Assembly: GCA_051294375.1 (NCBI GenBank)
Contig: CM119264.1
Location: forward strand, 17,980,673 to 18,044,672
DNA: 64,000 nucleotides
DNA from: Paraspadella gotoi
Taxonomy: Eukaryota > Animalia > Chaetognatha
Reading direction: 5' to 3'
Shown here: positions 12,569 to 26,007 of the stretch, in pieces
Position numbering within the stretch: the first letter of the stretch is position 1
Layout of the letters: each line of letters starts with the position of its first letter
The notes under the pieces: generated by a model
Told to the model about the DNA's origin: nothing
The model's input: the letters and a program-made list of their open reading frames with translations, nothing else
Databases searched by the model: none
Made by a program: the position numbers and the translations under genes

Positions 12569-13737
12569 AGAGGAGAGAGAGAGGAAGAGAGAGCAGAGAG
12601 AAGAAAAGCGAAGGAGGATTCGCATTGTGAACGTAAAATGATTGGCGATTGAAGAAAAGGAGATTTGGTGGGTCGGTGGAAAGAGCGGTGGCGGAGGGAT
12701 GGGGTGGTTGGATCGAGGGCGTGGAGATGTTATCTGTAGGCTACGAGATTAGGAAGGGCGTTTAAAAGAGTTGGGAAGAAAATGTAATGGAAAAAAAAAT
12801 ATTTACCAAATTTACCAAAATTAAAGAGCATTACGAGCCTTTGTAATGGGAAGGTATGAAAAGGAAACAACCGGATAGGAAGGGGATATGAAAGGGAAGA
12901 GCGTGAAGAGGAAGTATAAAAGGGTCGAAGTGTAACAGACGCGAAGTCAAAAAGGGTCACGACTCAAGGGTCACGCGAGAAGGAGGGGCATGGGGGGGGG
13001 GGCGCGAACAGAAATCGGGCGAGGAAATTGGGAAAATGGAGCGGAAAACAGGAGGAGGGGGGGGGAAGGGCTATTGGCTTAGGCCAAAAAGCAGAGATGA
13101 GAAGAGATGGTCTCGAAAAGAGAGTATGAGGCGAGGCCGACCTGCATTTCCCTTCCTCTTGTTGTTGTTTGTTGTTAGTGGTCAACGGTCTCGTCAATCC
13201 CTCCTCATTATCATTGCAATATGTTGTTATCGTCCTGTCTTATGGAATTGCCTCCTAAGCATTTTTCCTTTTGTTTTTAAACTTTATTTTATTCTACCAG
13301 CTTTTACTATATATAGTAGTTTTTAGTTATGTAGTAATGTTTTTTAAATTTTTTCGTCATTCATCGCTGCGACTATAATCATCTGTATTTTGTTAGGTCA
13401 GATTGAATATTCTTTGTCCGAGTGGACCGTTAAATGTTTTCCCATTTTCGTCTTTCCGATTTCTCGCTGCGTCGTCATAATCATGAACAACATGATCATA
13501 CATCATCATCATCTCATCATCATCATCATCATGCATCATCCATCATCATATACACATCGTCGTCGGTTGTCGTCGTCATCATCATCGTCTTCTTTGCTGT
13601 CGTCGTCATAAATCATCAATCATCATCAATCGTCCGTCGTCGTCATCAATGTCTTCTTCGCATGTCGTCGTCAATAATCATCATCACATCCTACGTCGTC
13701 GTGCGTCATCATCGGTCTTCTTTGCTGTCGTCGTCAT

Positions 13738-13774
<37 letters not shown>

Positions 13775-13790
13775 TATCATCATCATCTCA

Positions 13791-13828
<38 letters not shown>

Positions 13829-15207
13829 CCTCGTCCTGTTCTCGTTCTTTCTCGTCATTCGTCGTCAATTCCTCCTCCGTCCTCGCCAAGAATTAATCGC
13901 CTCCACCGGAAGTAGTTTTACGACGAGGAATGGAGGAGTTATCGCGATCCCCATCATCGAAAGCGAGGGTAAGGCCGACGAGCGAGGGAGTTCTATACGT
14001 CGCGAAGAACGTTCTTCTTCGGGTAAGGGTAAGGGTATGGGAAGGTGAGGAGATGCGAAAGCAACGGCGAAGAGAAAAGGGTAAGTGCGGAGGAAACAAT
14101 TGATCAGAATTCTCGGGGTCAAATTTTATGTAGCGGAGGGATAAGATGGTCCGAGGTGATCAGGGTGAGGGGGTGAAAAGGATCGCTAAGGGCGAGTTTG
14201 GGACCCGAAGATAGAGGACTCGACTCGGGGTGAAACTCCGCCACCAAATGGCCATCGAGATGAGTCGAGGTCGATCGCCAAATGTACCGCGAAAAAGGAT
14301 GGCGAACGCAGACGAGACGAAGGTGGCAAACGAGGGAGAAAAAAAAAAGTGGCAGAGGAGAAGGAATGGCGGAGACGAGGAGAGAAGAGGAGGGGGGAGG
14401 GCGGGAGTAGAATGCCGCGCGAAAGACGACACGAGCCCATCTTCCGGTTTAAACCGTCGTTACGGTACAATCGCTACGCACCAGTCACGCGCCAAGAATC
14501 GCATGTCGTCTCGGGTCGCTCGGCAACGCCGGCCTCGATGCGAGCGCTTGAGACTTGACGCGAAGTCGGGTAGGTGTCAACCGCGTCAACCCGTTGTCCC
14601 TTCGTCAAACTAAATCAAGGTCACATGTCCACAGTCCAATCAGACCGATGATCCCGCGCCAAATGGAAAAGTTGATCCGTCGAAACAGGAAATTTTTAAA
14701 TTCTGGCGGCGACTCGACTATATCAAATCGGTGAATCGAGAAGTTTCATAAGACTTATTGCGTGTTGTTCCATGCGTATGTTTTTTGTTATTTATTTACT
14801 GATTTGGATTTTTATTGTTATTGAAAAAAGTTTAAAGAGAAATAAACGCGATGTAAGAAAGAGACGTCGTGGGGCGCGGCGTGTCGCGCAGCGTGACACA
14901 AGCGGGAAAAGCAGACCGTTTCACGTGACGCGTCATGGCGCTTACCGTGGTGAATGCCACGTGACGTGTCACGTGACGAGGTGACTTAATTTCTGACGTC
15001 GCGGTTCGCTGCTTCGTCGCCGAGGGAAGGCGAATTGATTAGAGGGAGAGAGAGAAAAGGGGGGGGATTGTTAAGGGAAAGGGAGAGAGAGAAATAGGGA
15101 GAAGTATGTGGACGAGATTAGGAGAGAGGGAGAGAGAGAGAGGAGAGAGAGAGAGAAGAGAGAGAGAGAGAGGGAGAAGAGAGAGGAGAAGAAGAGAAGA
15201 GAGAGGA

Positions 15208-15260
<53 letters not shown>

Positions 15261-15267
15261 AGAGAGA

Positions 15268-15307
<40 letters not shown>

Positions 15308-15657
15308 ATGGGGAATAGCTGTCGATGTTCTCCCTCTTTAACATGGACAACGTGGTCCGCGAGAATCACCGTATGCGGTCTTAGTCGTCGTCGTGGTCGT
15401 CGTCACCCTCGTCGTTGTCTTTGCCGATTGTTTATCTTTCGTTTTCCTTTCAACGTTTGACTTCGACTGCCACGAGGTGGCGATGGCGGACTCACTGGTT
15501 TCCATGGCGTGCGTGGGGGAATACGATTAAAAATAGAGAGAGAAGAAGAACTTCTAACTTATTTTAAAATGATGTGTGACGCCTAAATTTATTTACGTAT
15601 TATGTTACTTATTGCCGATCGTCACGAAAAAAAGAAGGAGAGGAGAGGGAGAGAGAG

Positions 15658-15762
<105 letters not shown>

Positions 15763-16176
15763 GATTTAGTGCTCGCGACCCAACGAAGGCCCGCGGGGAA
15801 ACGAGTCGGATTTTTTTGGTGGCAAAAGTGAAAAAATTGGTTCCTTCAAGAATCCAGAGTCTATAAAAAGTGATTAGAATTGGAGCGAAAAGAGAATCAA
15901 GGATGAGAGATTGTTGTTGGAAATATTCCTTTTTTCCCTTTTTCCCTTTTTCCCTTTTACCCTATTTTCTATCCCATTTCTCATTTTTCTGTCCGACTCT
16001 CTTTCGAGTTTTCTACTCTTTGGGTCCTGTTTTTCCGTAAAAGAAACATCTTTTTAAAACTTTCAAAAATATTAAGATTTCGTGTTTTTTTCGCTTTTGA
16101 GAGAACATTTATATCCGAGGGTCTTCTTTTCTTTCTTTCTGTCATAATATCTGTCTTTCTTTCTTATTTTATTTCG

Positions 16177-16177
16177 T

Positions 16178-16240
<63 letters not shown>

Positions 16241-16255
16241 CTCTTTCTTTCTTTC
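16177..16255. repeat. (CTTT)n microsatellite
   Basis: Directly visible. Confidence 0.95.
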
Positions 16256-16539
16256 TATTTTCTCACCCGATTCTGTCCTTGTCGACAACCCACCGACATT
16301 TTTCTTTCCTTATTTTTGCCTTTTTTATTTTCCTTTAATCCATTTTATTCGTTGATTTTTTTCCCTTTGTTCCCGTTTGCCTTTTCCTAGTTTTCCTTCT
16401 TCCCCTTCATATTTTTTCCTTTCTCATATCCAATTTTCTCTCTTTTGCTTCTTTCTTCTTTTTTTTCGGCTTTGAATTCCGAAAATCCTCCCGTGATATT
16501 GGGAAAGAAGATAGCGGCGATTCATGGGCGATGAGGAGA

Positions 16540-16598
<59 letters not shown>

Positions 16599-18596
16599 AG
16601 AGAGAGAGGGAGAAATGGCGAATATAAAAGAAAAGCCTAAACCTTTGGCCATGACTCGATTGGCTTGTGACGTCATTTTCGAAACAAAAAAGTGTTTTTA
16701 ATGTCTCCTCGTTCATGGTTCGATGTTAAATGAAAATCTTATTCTCTAAATTATATGATTGTGATCGATTGATTGATTGATTGGTCTTTCGTGTCATCTT
16801 CCATCCACCTCGCCATTTCCATCCACTCCACCATTTCCGCTCGCCTCAACATCCGAAGAGGATGGAAGGCGATGGGCGCGTCTCGGTTCCGGCGGGCGAG
16901 ACCCACTTCCGGTTAGTTAATGGACGCGAATATGGAAATGAATTTCATGCGCGTTCGTTATGACCTTCGCCGAGAGTCGAGGAGTGGAAAATGGTGGAAA
17001 ACTTGTGGGTGGAATGGGGATCGGAGATTGGAAAGGAAGGATGAGGAAATCGTGTAAAAGGGGAGACAGAGTAAGTAAGAGTTTTTATGTAGTCATTCGG
17101 GAATGAAGGGCGAATGAGGGGCAAAGTTATCATAAGTTAAATTTATGTAGGTTAAAGACGATTTGACTGAAAAAGAGTAAAAGTCTGCCTCGCTACTCTT
17201 ATTCATTTTTCGTTTGTTTATTTTGGACCACCGAACGTCGAACTCACTCGAATTGGAAGATTATCTTCCCGACAAAAATCGACTCAATCGAAAATTGGAA
17301 AAGCAAAAATGATAAGAAAAAAAAAAAAAAAAAAACCGTCGAAACTGGAAACGACGTACCACGCCTCGACGAATTCAAACTCGATACGACATACCACGCT
17401 TCGCCTAACTCATCGTCAAATTCATAACTGAAGTCGTCGTAGTCGACACAAACTCCGACACCATTTTTCGCATTTTATCGCGTTGGAGAAAAAAGGAGAT
17501 TCATTTTTTCCATTCAGATTCCATAGGCGCAGTCATCCATAATTATTTTTTCCCTTTCTCCGCCTGACCGCCAGAGACCGCCATAGACCGCCATAGAACG
17601 CTTTCATCGGTTTCAGCTCGTGGAATCGAGGAATTCGCCGTCGGCGTCACTCAACATTTCTCGTGCCTTCACGCGACCTCTCACACTCTTTCCAAAAAGT
17701 TCACGCTTTCGTCCCCAGAGGCGATCACCGATTTTCACCCCATATCTCTTTCCTTTCATTGCTTTTTTTTTCGATCTTACGAAGAAGTGAGTGTCAACCT
17801 CGATTTTCTTCGCAATATTCTTTAAATTATTATAATATTACTTTCTATGTTAAGTAAGGAGGAAACCGATGACGAGCTAAAACGAAATGATTTATAGTAA
17901 TTCATAGAAATACTCTTCGCTGAAATCTGAAGATATTAACTTGGTAATTTCAATTAGGCGAACTCAAAAAAAAAAAAAAATCAAATGGGAGGAACATTTT
18001 TTTCTTCCTTTCCTCTCTTCGCCCCACTCACCTCACAATCTCGACTTCATTTCTTCGTCGTCGTTGTCGTCGTTGTCGTCCTCTGCCCTCCAGCTTTTAA
18101 GAACGCTTGACGAGGATGGCAAGGTAGGGAGCATGGCATGGCAAAACCATTGATGACCTCCGACATTTAATCTTGCGAGTAAGTTCTACAAATTTTAAAA
18201 AAGCATCATCATCATCATTATCATCATCATCATCATCATCATCGTCATCATCATCATCATCTTTTTTTTCACGCTGTCCGCGTATCACCGACGCGGCGTC
18301 GGCGTCTTTGCCTCTTCTGGCATCTGGAAGAAGATGCAGGCGAAGACGCTTCCTCATTCATCAAAGCCTGACAGGTGCAAGACTCGCGCCTGGGGGTGTG
18401 GGACTGAGGGAAGGAAAAAGAGAGCGAGGGATAGAGAGGGAGAAAGAGAAACTGAGAGAGAGAGAGAGAGAGAGAGTGAAAAAAAGAAATAGTAGTGAAG
18501 AAGTTGTGGAGATCTGGCGTCGATCGGAAAGCGAGTGACGAGTTGGTCATCTTCCCTTCATTTCAGCGGCCGATCGACCTTTGACTTCAGAGAAAG

Positions 18597-18661
<65 letters not shown>

Positions 18662-18849
18662 ATTAGAATTAAAATGAAACTTATGGATGGCGGCTTCAGT
18701 CACTATTTTTGGGCCTTCAAAAGCTACTTTACTAAAGACAGTCTTTTGTTTGTCTAACTTAACTATTACTTAATGGGGTAAAAAAAAACGGTAAGTCACA
18801 GCCAAACCTATAAAAGCGTAGTAGTTTTTATATAAAAACAGCGTGACGC

Positions 18850-18881
<32 letters not shown>

Positions 18882-19118
18882 TCACAAAGAAGCAATCCTG
18901 GCTCGATAAAAAGAGCTGGAACAAATGAACACTCTTCATGGTACCTTCCAAGAAGATCCTAACCTAACATATATTCTATCAATTTGGTGAAATGTTAATG
19001 AATTTTGTAAGTATTTTTTTAAAGTTATCATGTTAAAGTCTAAAGCTACGTCAGCTGAAATATGAATGGGTATTGATTACAAACAGTTGCATTTTGTCAA
19101 ACTGAGAGAGAGAGGAGA

Positions 19119-19202
<84 letters not shown>

Positions 19203-20582
19203 TGACGAAAACACGAAAAGAACAAAAGAACCGTTAGTTAGAATTTGAATAACCTGTAAACCAACTGTTTCTATGTAATCAAAACAGTTTTAAAAAAGAA
19301 TCAATATAAATAAATACGTATATAAAAAATACGCAGAAGGGAGTAAATGTTGATGTTAGTAATCGTGGTTTTTGCCCCCGCCCCCCCTCGCTTCGGACTC
19401 TCAATGATTCTTTCATCATTCACTTTCGTATTAAAAGATTGACCTTTTCTCCGCAGGTCTCCCCGCGTTTCCTCTTCCTCCTCCTCCTCCTCCTCTTCCT
19501 CCTCCTCCTCCTCTTTCAGATTCGAATTTGTTCGGGCCTTGCTTCTTTATTCACAGACGAATTCCTGACCAGATTTCTACGAGGGCGTCGGAATGTTTTG
19601 CTTGATGATAGCGGTTTTTTTAAAGTTGTCGACTCGTTTGTAGCGATGAGGGAAGTGTTATTTTCATTTTATCTCTCTTCTCTCTCTCTCTTCTCTCTCT
19701 CTCTCTCTCTTCTTCCTCTCTCTCTCTCTCTCTCCTCGTTCTCATGTCTCTCTCGTCTCTCTCCTCTCTCTCCGCTCCTTTCAACCGACTTTCCCCTTCC
19801 TTTACATTTCCCGCCACATCCCCGTCACTCTGCTCTGATTCAATTTACGAGTAAAAGCTTTCTTGGTCTCCTTTATGCCCGGAGATACCTGACTAAGGTT
19901 CCGTTCTTTCAAAGCCAACGCTTGTTTACTTCGGTTGTTTACTTTAGTCGAAAAAACAAACAAAGGGCCGCAAGAAGTGAAGACCCCGGGGTAAAGGGAG
20001 AGAAGCAAGGAAGAGGCTATCAAATTTTCATGACAATCCATTCTAAATTTCAAAGGCAAACAGCGACAGATCTCCACCGACACAAGATCGCCTGAAGTGA
20101 CTCTCGGGAGATATTTTATGGTCGGTCGAATGGACACAAAGTCATTACTTATGTATAATATATATTATATTATTATTATTATTATTATATTTTTATATTA
20201 TATTAATATATATTACGTATGTATAATATATTTATGTATATTAAATTTATTCATGATATAACTTTTTTGGCAAAAAATTATCAGGTACACATTCCACAAA
20301 CATTAAGGGTATCCATATGAATATCCAGTAGAAAAAAAAAATTAAAAAAATCATAAGCGAAAAAATTCACTGAAATTCACTAATAACAATAATATCTTAT
20401 ATCCCTCATGCAAAATTTTTCACAATCTTTAAAAATCGGAAAGAACTTTTGACTCAATTTGGTCGAGTAAAAAATCCCATGGTCGTCCAGAGGTTCTCAT
20501 CCTTGATGGTGATTATTTATGTATTATTTTACTCCTGCGACGTGAGATAATGGTGTTTTTACTGTCTCCACGCCGAACGATG

Positions 20583-20629
<47 letters not shown>

Positions 20630-21464
20630 CTCTCTCCTCCTCTCTCTCTCTCTGTCGTCTCTCTCTCTCTCATCTCTATCCTCTCTTCTCTACTCTCTAA
20701 CGTTTCGTCTCCTTCCATCTTTATCCCTTTTTTCTATTTTCCTCTATTTTTTTTCTCTCCTTCTCTCCTTGTTTCTCCGACTCTGTATTTTCCAATTTTT
20801 TTCAATCTCTTTAACTCACTCCGTATTTTTTTCTACGCGTCTGTCACTTTCTGTTTCTCCTCGTATCCTTTTCTCATTTTCTCCCCTTTCCTCCCTCTCT
20901 ACCTCCCTCTCTCTCTTCGCTCCTTTCGACACCATCTTTTCTCTCCCCGTCGCTCGTCATCTTCTTTTCTTGGGATGAATTTCGACTTTTAATGGCCTTC
21001 GAGTTGAGACTCTAGTCCCGCGTCGTCACGGGGCGAGGCGCTTAAGCATCTTTTCCGCGGCTCCGATTGGACGAACCGTCTCGTCGCCTCGACGCCATTG
21101 GGTAGGATTCTCAAACGACTTATTCTATTTTGTATCCGAGAAACGAGAACGCGATTGGTCGAAACGCGCGCAACGAGGTCGCTCAATGGAGGGATTCCTC
21201 GGTTGGCGGGAAGATAACGTGAGAAAAGAATCGATAGTGAAGAGAGGGAGAGAGCGAGAGAAACGGAGAGAGAAAACAAAAAGAAAAGGAAAAAAAAAAG
21301 CGAAGAAAGCGAAAAGAAAGAATATGGAACGAAAAAAAAAAATACCAGAGAGAAAGAATGAAGTCCGCGCAGAATGAAATTCTGGGCTTCTGACACGAGC
21401 TTTGTTGTGCGTGGAGGGAGAGAGAACGAGCAAGAGACTGTGTTATAGAAAATATGGGAGAGAC

Positions 21465-21532
<68 letters not shown>

Positions 21533-22231
21533 CAGTGCAAAAGCTGAAGAGCGTGTTATAGACTACGTGACCTCATTACATGATGACCCTACAATGATAG
21601 TTCCGGTTGTTAAACAGGGTTATGTGTGAGAGAGAGAGAAAGCAGGAGAAAATAGAAAGAGAGACGGATGAGAGGGTGAGAAGGAGCGAAACAGTTTAAA
21701 TCCGCGAATACGAAGGATCCACTCCTGCGTAAAGAACGATAACGAGCGGAGTAATAAAAGGAAGAAGAGTAAAAGCGGATAAAAAATTTACTGAGTGAAA
21801 AAAAGAAACTAAGTGTAAAACTAGAAGTAAAACTGCCGATAGCAGAAACGATAACGCTCAAGTTTCAATCATATCTCGCTTTGTCAGTGAATTTTAAAAT
21901 CCAAAGTTCTAAATTCTCTTTCGTCTTCGAGTTCTGTGGTCAACCAAACTTGAAGCTAATTTTTAAAAGTCACAGATATTTTTATTATATATTTTTTCTG
22001 TTTTTGTTTTCTTTCCGAATTTACATTTTTGTACCAAATATATATTGTACTACAATCTCCTGTTTCTCCTCACAGAAAATGACCTGACGACGTGAACCGA
22101 TCTGCAAGGATCGAAGTTTTTCTCACAGATCAAGGACGTCACCGTCACCGTCACCGTCATCGTCGACGCCGTCATCGTCGGCATCGTCGACGCGCATCTT
22201 CAACTCCTTCGACTCCAAACTCAGCGTTGAG

Positions 22232-23238
22232 ATGTTCCTTCTTCTCGAGGACATCGACGCCGTGGGTTCCGGCGTTCCTCGTCGGCGCCGCTTTTTGGCA
22301 CCGTCGGACTCAGAACGGCGAGAGATGACGGCGCCGTTGAAGCCTTCATCGTCGCATTGCAGACGAAAGGCGCTGCCGGTGTCGTCGTCGTCGTCGTCGT
22401 CGTCATCGACGTCGAGTCGCGATTCGGATTTTCGATCGTCGATTTCTCGTCGCCGATCGAATCTTTGGAGAGAAGATCGAACTGCGACGCCATCGACGAC
22501 TCAACGAGCGTCGATAACGCCACTCACCCCCTTCGCCTCCTCCGCCTCTACCCCTCTCTCCCCTTCACCCCCGATTTCCCTCCTTCACGACTCAGCTCCT
22601 CATTCTCCCTCGATCGAAAATAGATGGCGTCCACCGCCGGAGCCGCGCCGCCGTCGCCCAACGAATTCGGGCGCCGGTTCTCGCGTCTCAGATGCGAGGG
22701 CGGAGGCCGGCGTTGAAGGATCGTCGGAAGCGACAAAGACGGCGGCGCTGGCCTCTGCGACGACGAGGCCCGAGCGTTTATCGTCGACGCCGTTTTCAAC
22801 GTCTCCGTCGCCGAACTCTGCAACGAATCGGCCGGTTTCGGACGAATCAATTGTCGCCGAGTCGTCGTCCGCCGCCGCCGTCGTCGCCGCTAACGCCGCC
22901 GTCACCCCGAAACTTTACTCAAGCTTTTTCCCGTCACGTCCTTCACTTTTTTCACCGCCATCGTCGGCGTCTTCGTCGTCGTCGGCATCGTCGCCCTCAT
23001 CGACGTCATCTCATAAAAACTTTTGGCCTTTCGTCTGTGCGATGTTACTTCGACTCGTCTCACCTCCGTCGCTCAAAAGATGGCGCTTCGTAACGGCGGC
23101 GGCGGCGTCGTCGTCGTCGCTGGCCACCGTCTCCCTCGTGCTCACGATCCTCATTCACTCGACCCTCGTGACGTCGACCGACTCCGCCGGAAGTTACAGA
23201 GTCTTGGACCCAATCTACTGGAACTCTTCTAACCCAAT
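22232..23238 (+). CDS. Ephrin, first coding exon (partial gene). The confident core is 23042-23238: signal peptide plus start of the receptor-binding domain.
   Basis: Translation ends MLLRLVSPPSLKRWRFVTAAAASSSSLATVSLVLTILIHSTLVTSTDSAGSYRVLDPIYWNSSNP(AT), followed by a canonical donor GTGAGT at 23239. A hydrophobic stretch followed by (V/I)YWNSSNP is the hallmark ephrin N-terminus (compare ephrin-B LEPIYWNSSN and ephrin-A VYWNSSNP). The ORF-track stop is intron sequence. The start codon is uncertain (22232, 22325 or 23042). Confidence 0.88.
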
Positions 23239-23841
23239 GTGAGTTTGATGGGGGAGAAAGAGAAAAAAGAGAAAGAGAGAGTGAGATAATAAGAGAAAGA
23301 AAGACAAAGAAAGACAAAGAAAGACAGAGGAAAAACATATTCAGTAAAACCATTATTACTATGTCTATGACATTCTGGCATTTTGACGTCAGTTTTGAAT
23401 TCGTATTAAATTGCTAAATAATTATAAATTCTTTGTCTTGAGACTGAACAGATTATTGAAAAAAAAATAAAGAAAGATGGAAAAAACGCGATGGAGAGTA
23501 AGAGAGAGAAATGGGGAGAGAGAGAGAGANNNNNNNNNNNNNNNNNNNNNNNNNNNNNNNNNNNNNNNNNNNNNNNNNNNNNNNNNNNNNNNNNNNNNNN
23601 NNNNNNNNNNNNNNNNNNNNNNNNNNNNNNNNNNNNNNNNNNNNNNNNNNNNNNNNNNNNNNNNNNNNNNNNNNNNNNNNNNNNNNNNNNNNNNNNGACG
23701 GGGCGATTCATGCCTCCCTCTTTTGTTTGCCGTGGGACGGAAAAACGCCATTTCAACGCGAATATCGGATAACATTTATTGGCTAAAGGCGAAAAGCTTT
23801 AATCGAATTCTCTCATTAGAAATGCATCTAAACTTCTCTCT

Positions 23842-23908
<67 letters not shown>

Positions 23909-24189
23909 TCTCTCGACGGAGGATTCGCATTCGTTGTTTGTTCTTCTCTTCTTTCTCGGCCTCCTCCTCCTCATCCCTCTTCGCCGCTCTCGTCAAACAT
24001 CCTCACCTTTCCTCCTTTATTGTTTCATCCAAACAAATTGTTCTTTTTTTCTTAATTTTTTTCATCTCTTTTTATTCTCTCTCCCTCGCCTTAGTCCCTT
24101 CCCAAAAGACTGCCTCTCAACCGCCCTGTTTTCTCCTCGCACTCATCCCCCTCAATTTTCTTACCCCCTTCCAACGCCCTCGTTTCTCT

Positions 24190-24441
24190 CTACCCCTTCC
24201 CGACCCCCGCCTCCATCCGCTCCACGGCGTCGGCCTCCAACTCTTCCTTCGTCGGCTTCCAACTTTTTTCTTTCGTTTCGACGCCGTGCTTGAGGTTTTC
24301 CCCGGCGTGGCCGCCCGAGACCGCGGAAAGAACTTTATCGTGAGGAACGACGCCCGACTTGTCGGTCACCTCCGTCGGCTTGAGGCTTTTGGGGTCGAAC
24401 TCGGCAATATCGGGCAAAGGCAAATCCCGTTTGTCCGACAT
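24190..24441 (-). CDS. Beta-thymosin/WH2-repeat actin-binding protein, 83 aa, two repeats
   Basis: MSDKRDLPLPDIAEFDPKSLKPTEVTDKS aligns with thymosin beta-4 [27 protein letters not shown]. The second repeat LKHGVETKEKSWKPTKEELEAD resembles [21 protein letters not shown]. Start context is AAAA-ATG, stop is TAG, and AATAAA occurs downstream on the - strand (24071-24076, 24016-24021). Confidence 0.88.
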   Translation of the reverse strand: MSDKRDLPLPDIAEFDPKSLKPTEVTDKSGVVPHDKVLSAVSGGHAGENLKHGVETKEKSWKPTKEELEADAVERMEAGVGKG

Positions 24442-24461
24442 TTTTAGCCTCTTCCGTCCGT

Positions 24462-24840
24462 CTTTGAAGAAATTAATAAAGAGTTAATTAAAGAGGGAAA
24501 TAAAGAGGGAATTAATATAACGTATCAGGCGGTACACTTAAAAAATATCTTTAACATGTAATCACCTCGTCTAGATTTTAATTGAGAAAGCGTGGCATCA
24601 ATAAGAGTGAGGAATAAACGAAATCAGAAAGGGAGAGAAAGAATCCATTTTAGGGAATAAGAATGACAAATGAACAATTGAATGACAAATGAAGACCTTT
24701 GCCTCTTGTCTTTCGATGTTCGTCGAAGTCGGCGAGGGTTTTCGGCGAAGATTTGACGCTTCCGCCGATAAACTGAGTCTCTTCGAAAGAGAGCGTCTGT
24801 AGTGAGAAGTCAACTGAGTCCTTGGAAAATCTCTCCGTCG

Positions 24841-24887
<47 letters not shown>

Positions 24888-24899
24888 TTTCATACTCAC
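24462..24899 (-). other. Probable 5'-UTR intron of the thymosin gene; non-coding first exon lies at >=24900
   Basis: Minus-strand donor CCC|GTGAGTATG at 24899 and acceptor TTTCTTCAAAG| at 24462, 20 nt before the ATG. Confidence 0.55.
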
Positions 24900-25059
24900 G
24901 GGATATGGAAGATTCTTGCGAAAAAAATCGACTTTGACAAAATTTTCGATGTCGAAGCAAAATTTTGATGAACTCGAAATTCAACGAGTGAAACTTTTTC
25001 GCTGAAGATCGATTCTATCTCGTATTCCTTTCCGAGCTTTTGTTTGCTCGAGTGAAGTC

Positions 25060-25137
<78 letters not shown>

Positions 25138-25965
25138 AGAGAGGTGTTTCCCGCGACATAAACGGGTCGGGCGGCGCCGCGCCGGATCAAAGGAGATTTG
25201 AAACTCTGATTCGATTTGGTCTTCCGACTCCCGACTTTCTGTCCGTTTGTCTGTCTGTCCTTAATGCTTGCTTTTTACTTTCCTATTCTCTCATTCAGTT
25301 TCTTTTCTTTCTTTGTTTCTTTGTTTCTTTATTTTTTCTTTCTTTCTTTCTGTCTGTCTTGCTATATTTTCTCTTTCTGTTTCTGTTTCTGTTTCTCTTT
25401 GCTGTATTTTCTCTTTCTCCCGTTTTATTCTTTTCTTTCTTTCTTTCTTTCTTTCTTTGTTTCTTTATTTTTTCTTTCTTTCTTTCTGTCTGTCTTGCTA
25501 TATTTTCTCTTTCTGTTTCTCTTTGCTGTATTTTCTCTTTCTCCCGTTTTATTCTTTTCCCCCCTCTTTTTTCCTTTTTGTTTTCCTCCTTTTCTCCTTT
25601 TAATGCAAACGTCGATGCTTCGACGTCACAAGATTACGTTTGTCTGACGCGAAAAAAAAAAAGAATGGAAGAAAAAAGAAAAAAAGGAACTCAACGAAAA
25701 AGAAAAAAGAAGAAAAGAAAAATGGAGGCAAAAGCGAAATTCTCCACAAAGATTCTTCTCCTTCAGATTTTAAGGAGAAAAGAATTGGGCTGAGCGAAAA
25801 TAAGCAAAATAATAGGAATTTAAAAAAAAGCATTAAAAAGAATAAGCTTAAACCTAGAGAGAGAGAGAAGGGAGAGAGAGGGAGAGAGAGGGAGAGAGAA
25901 GGGAGGAGAAAGAGAGAGAGAGAGTGAGAGAGAGAGGGAGAAGAGAAGAGAGGAGAGAGAGAGAG

Positions 25966-26007
<42 letters not shown>

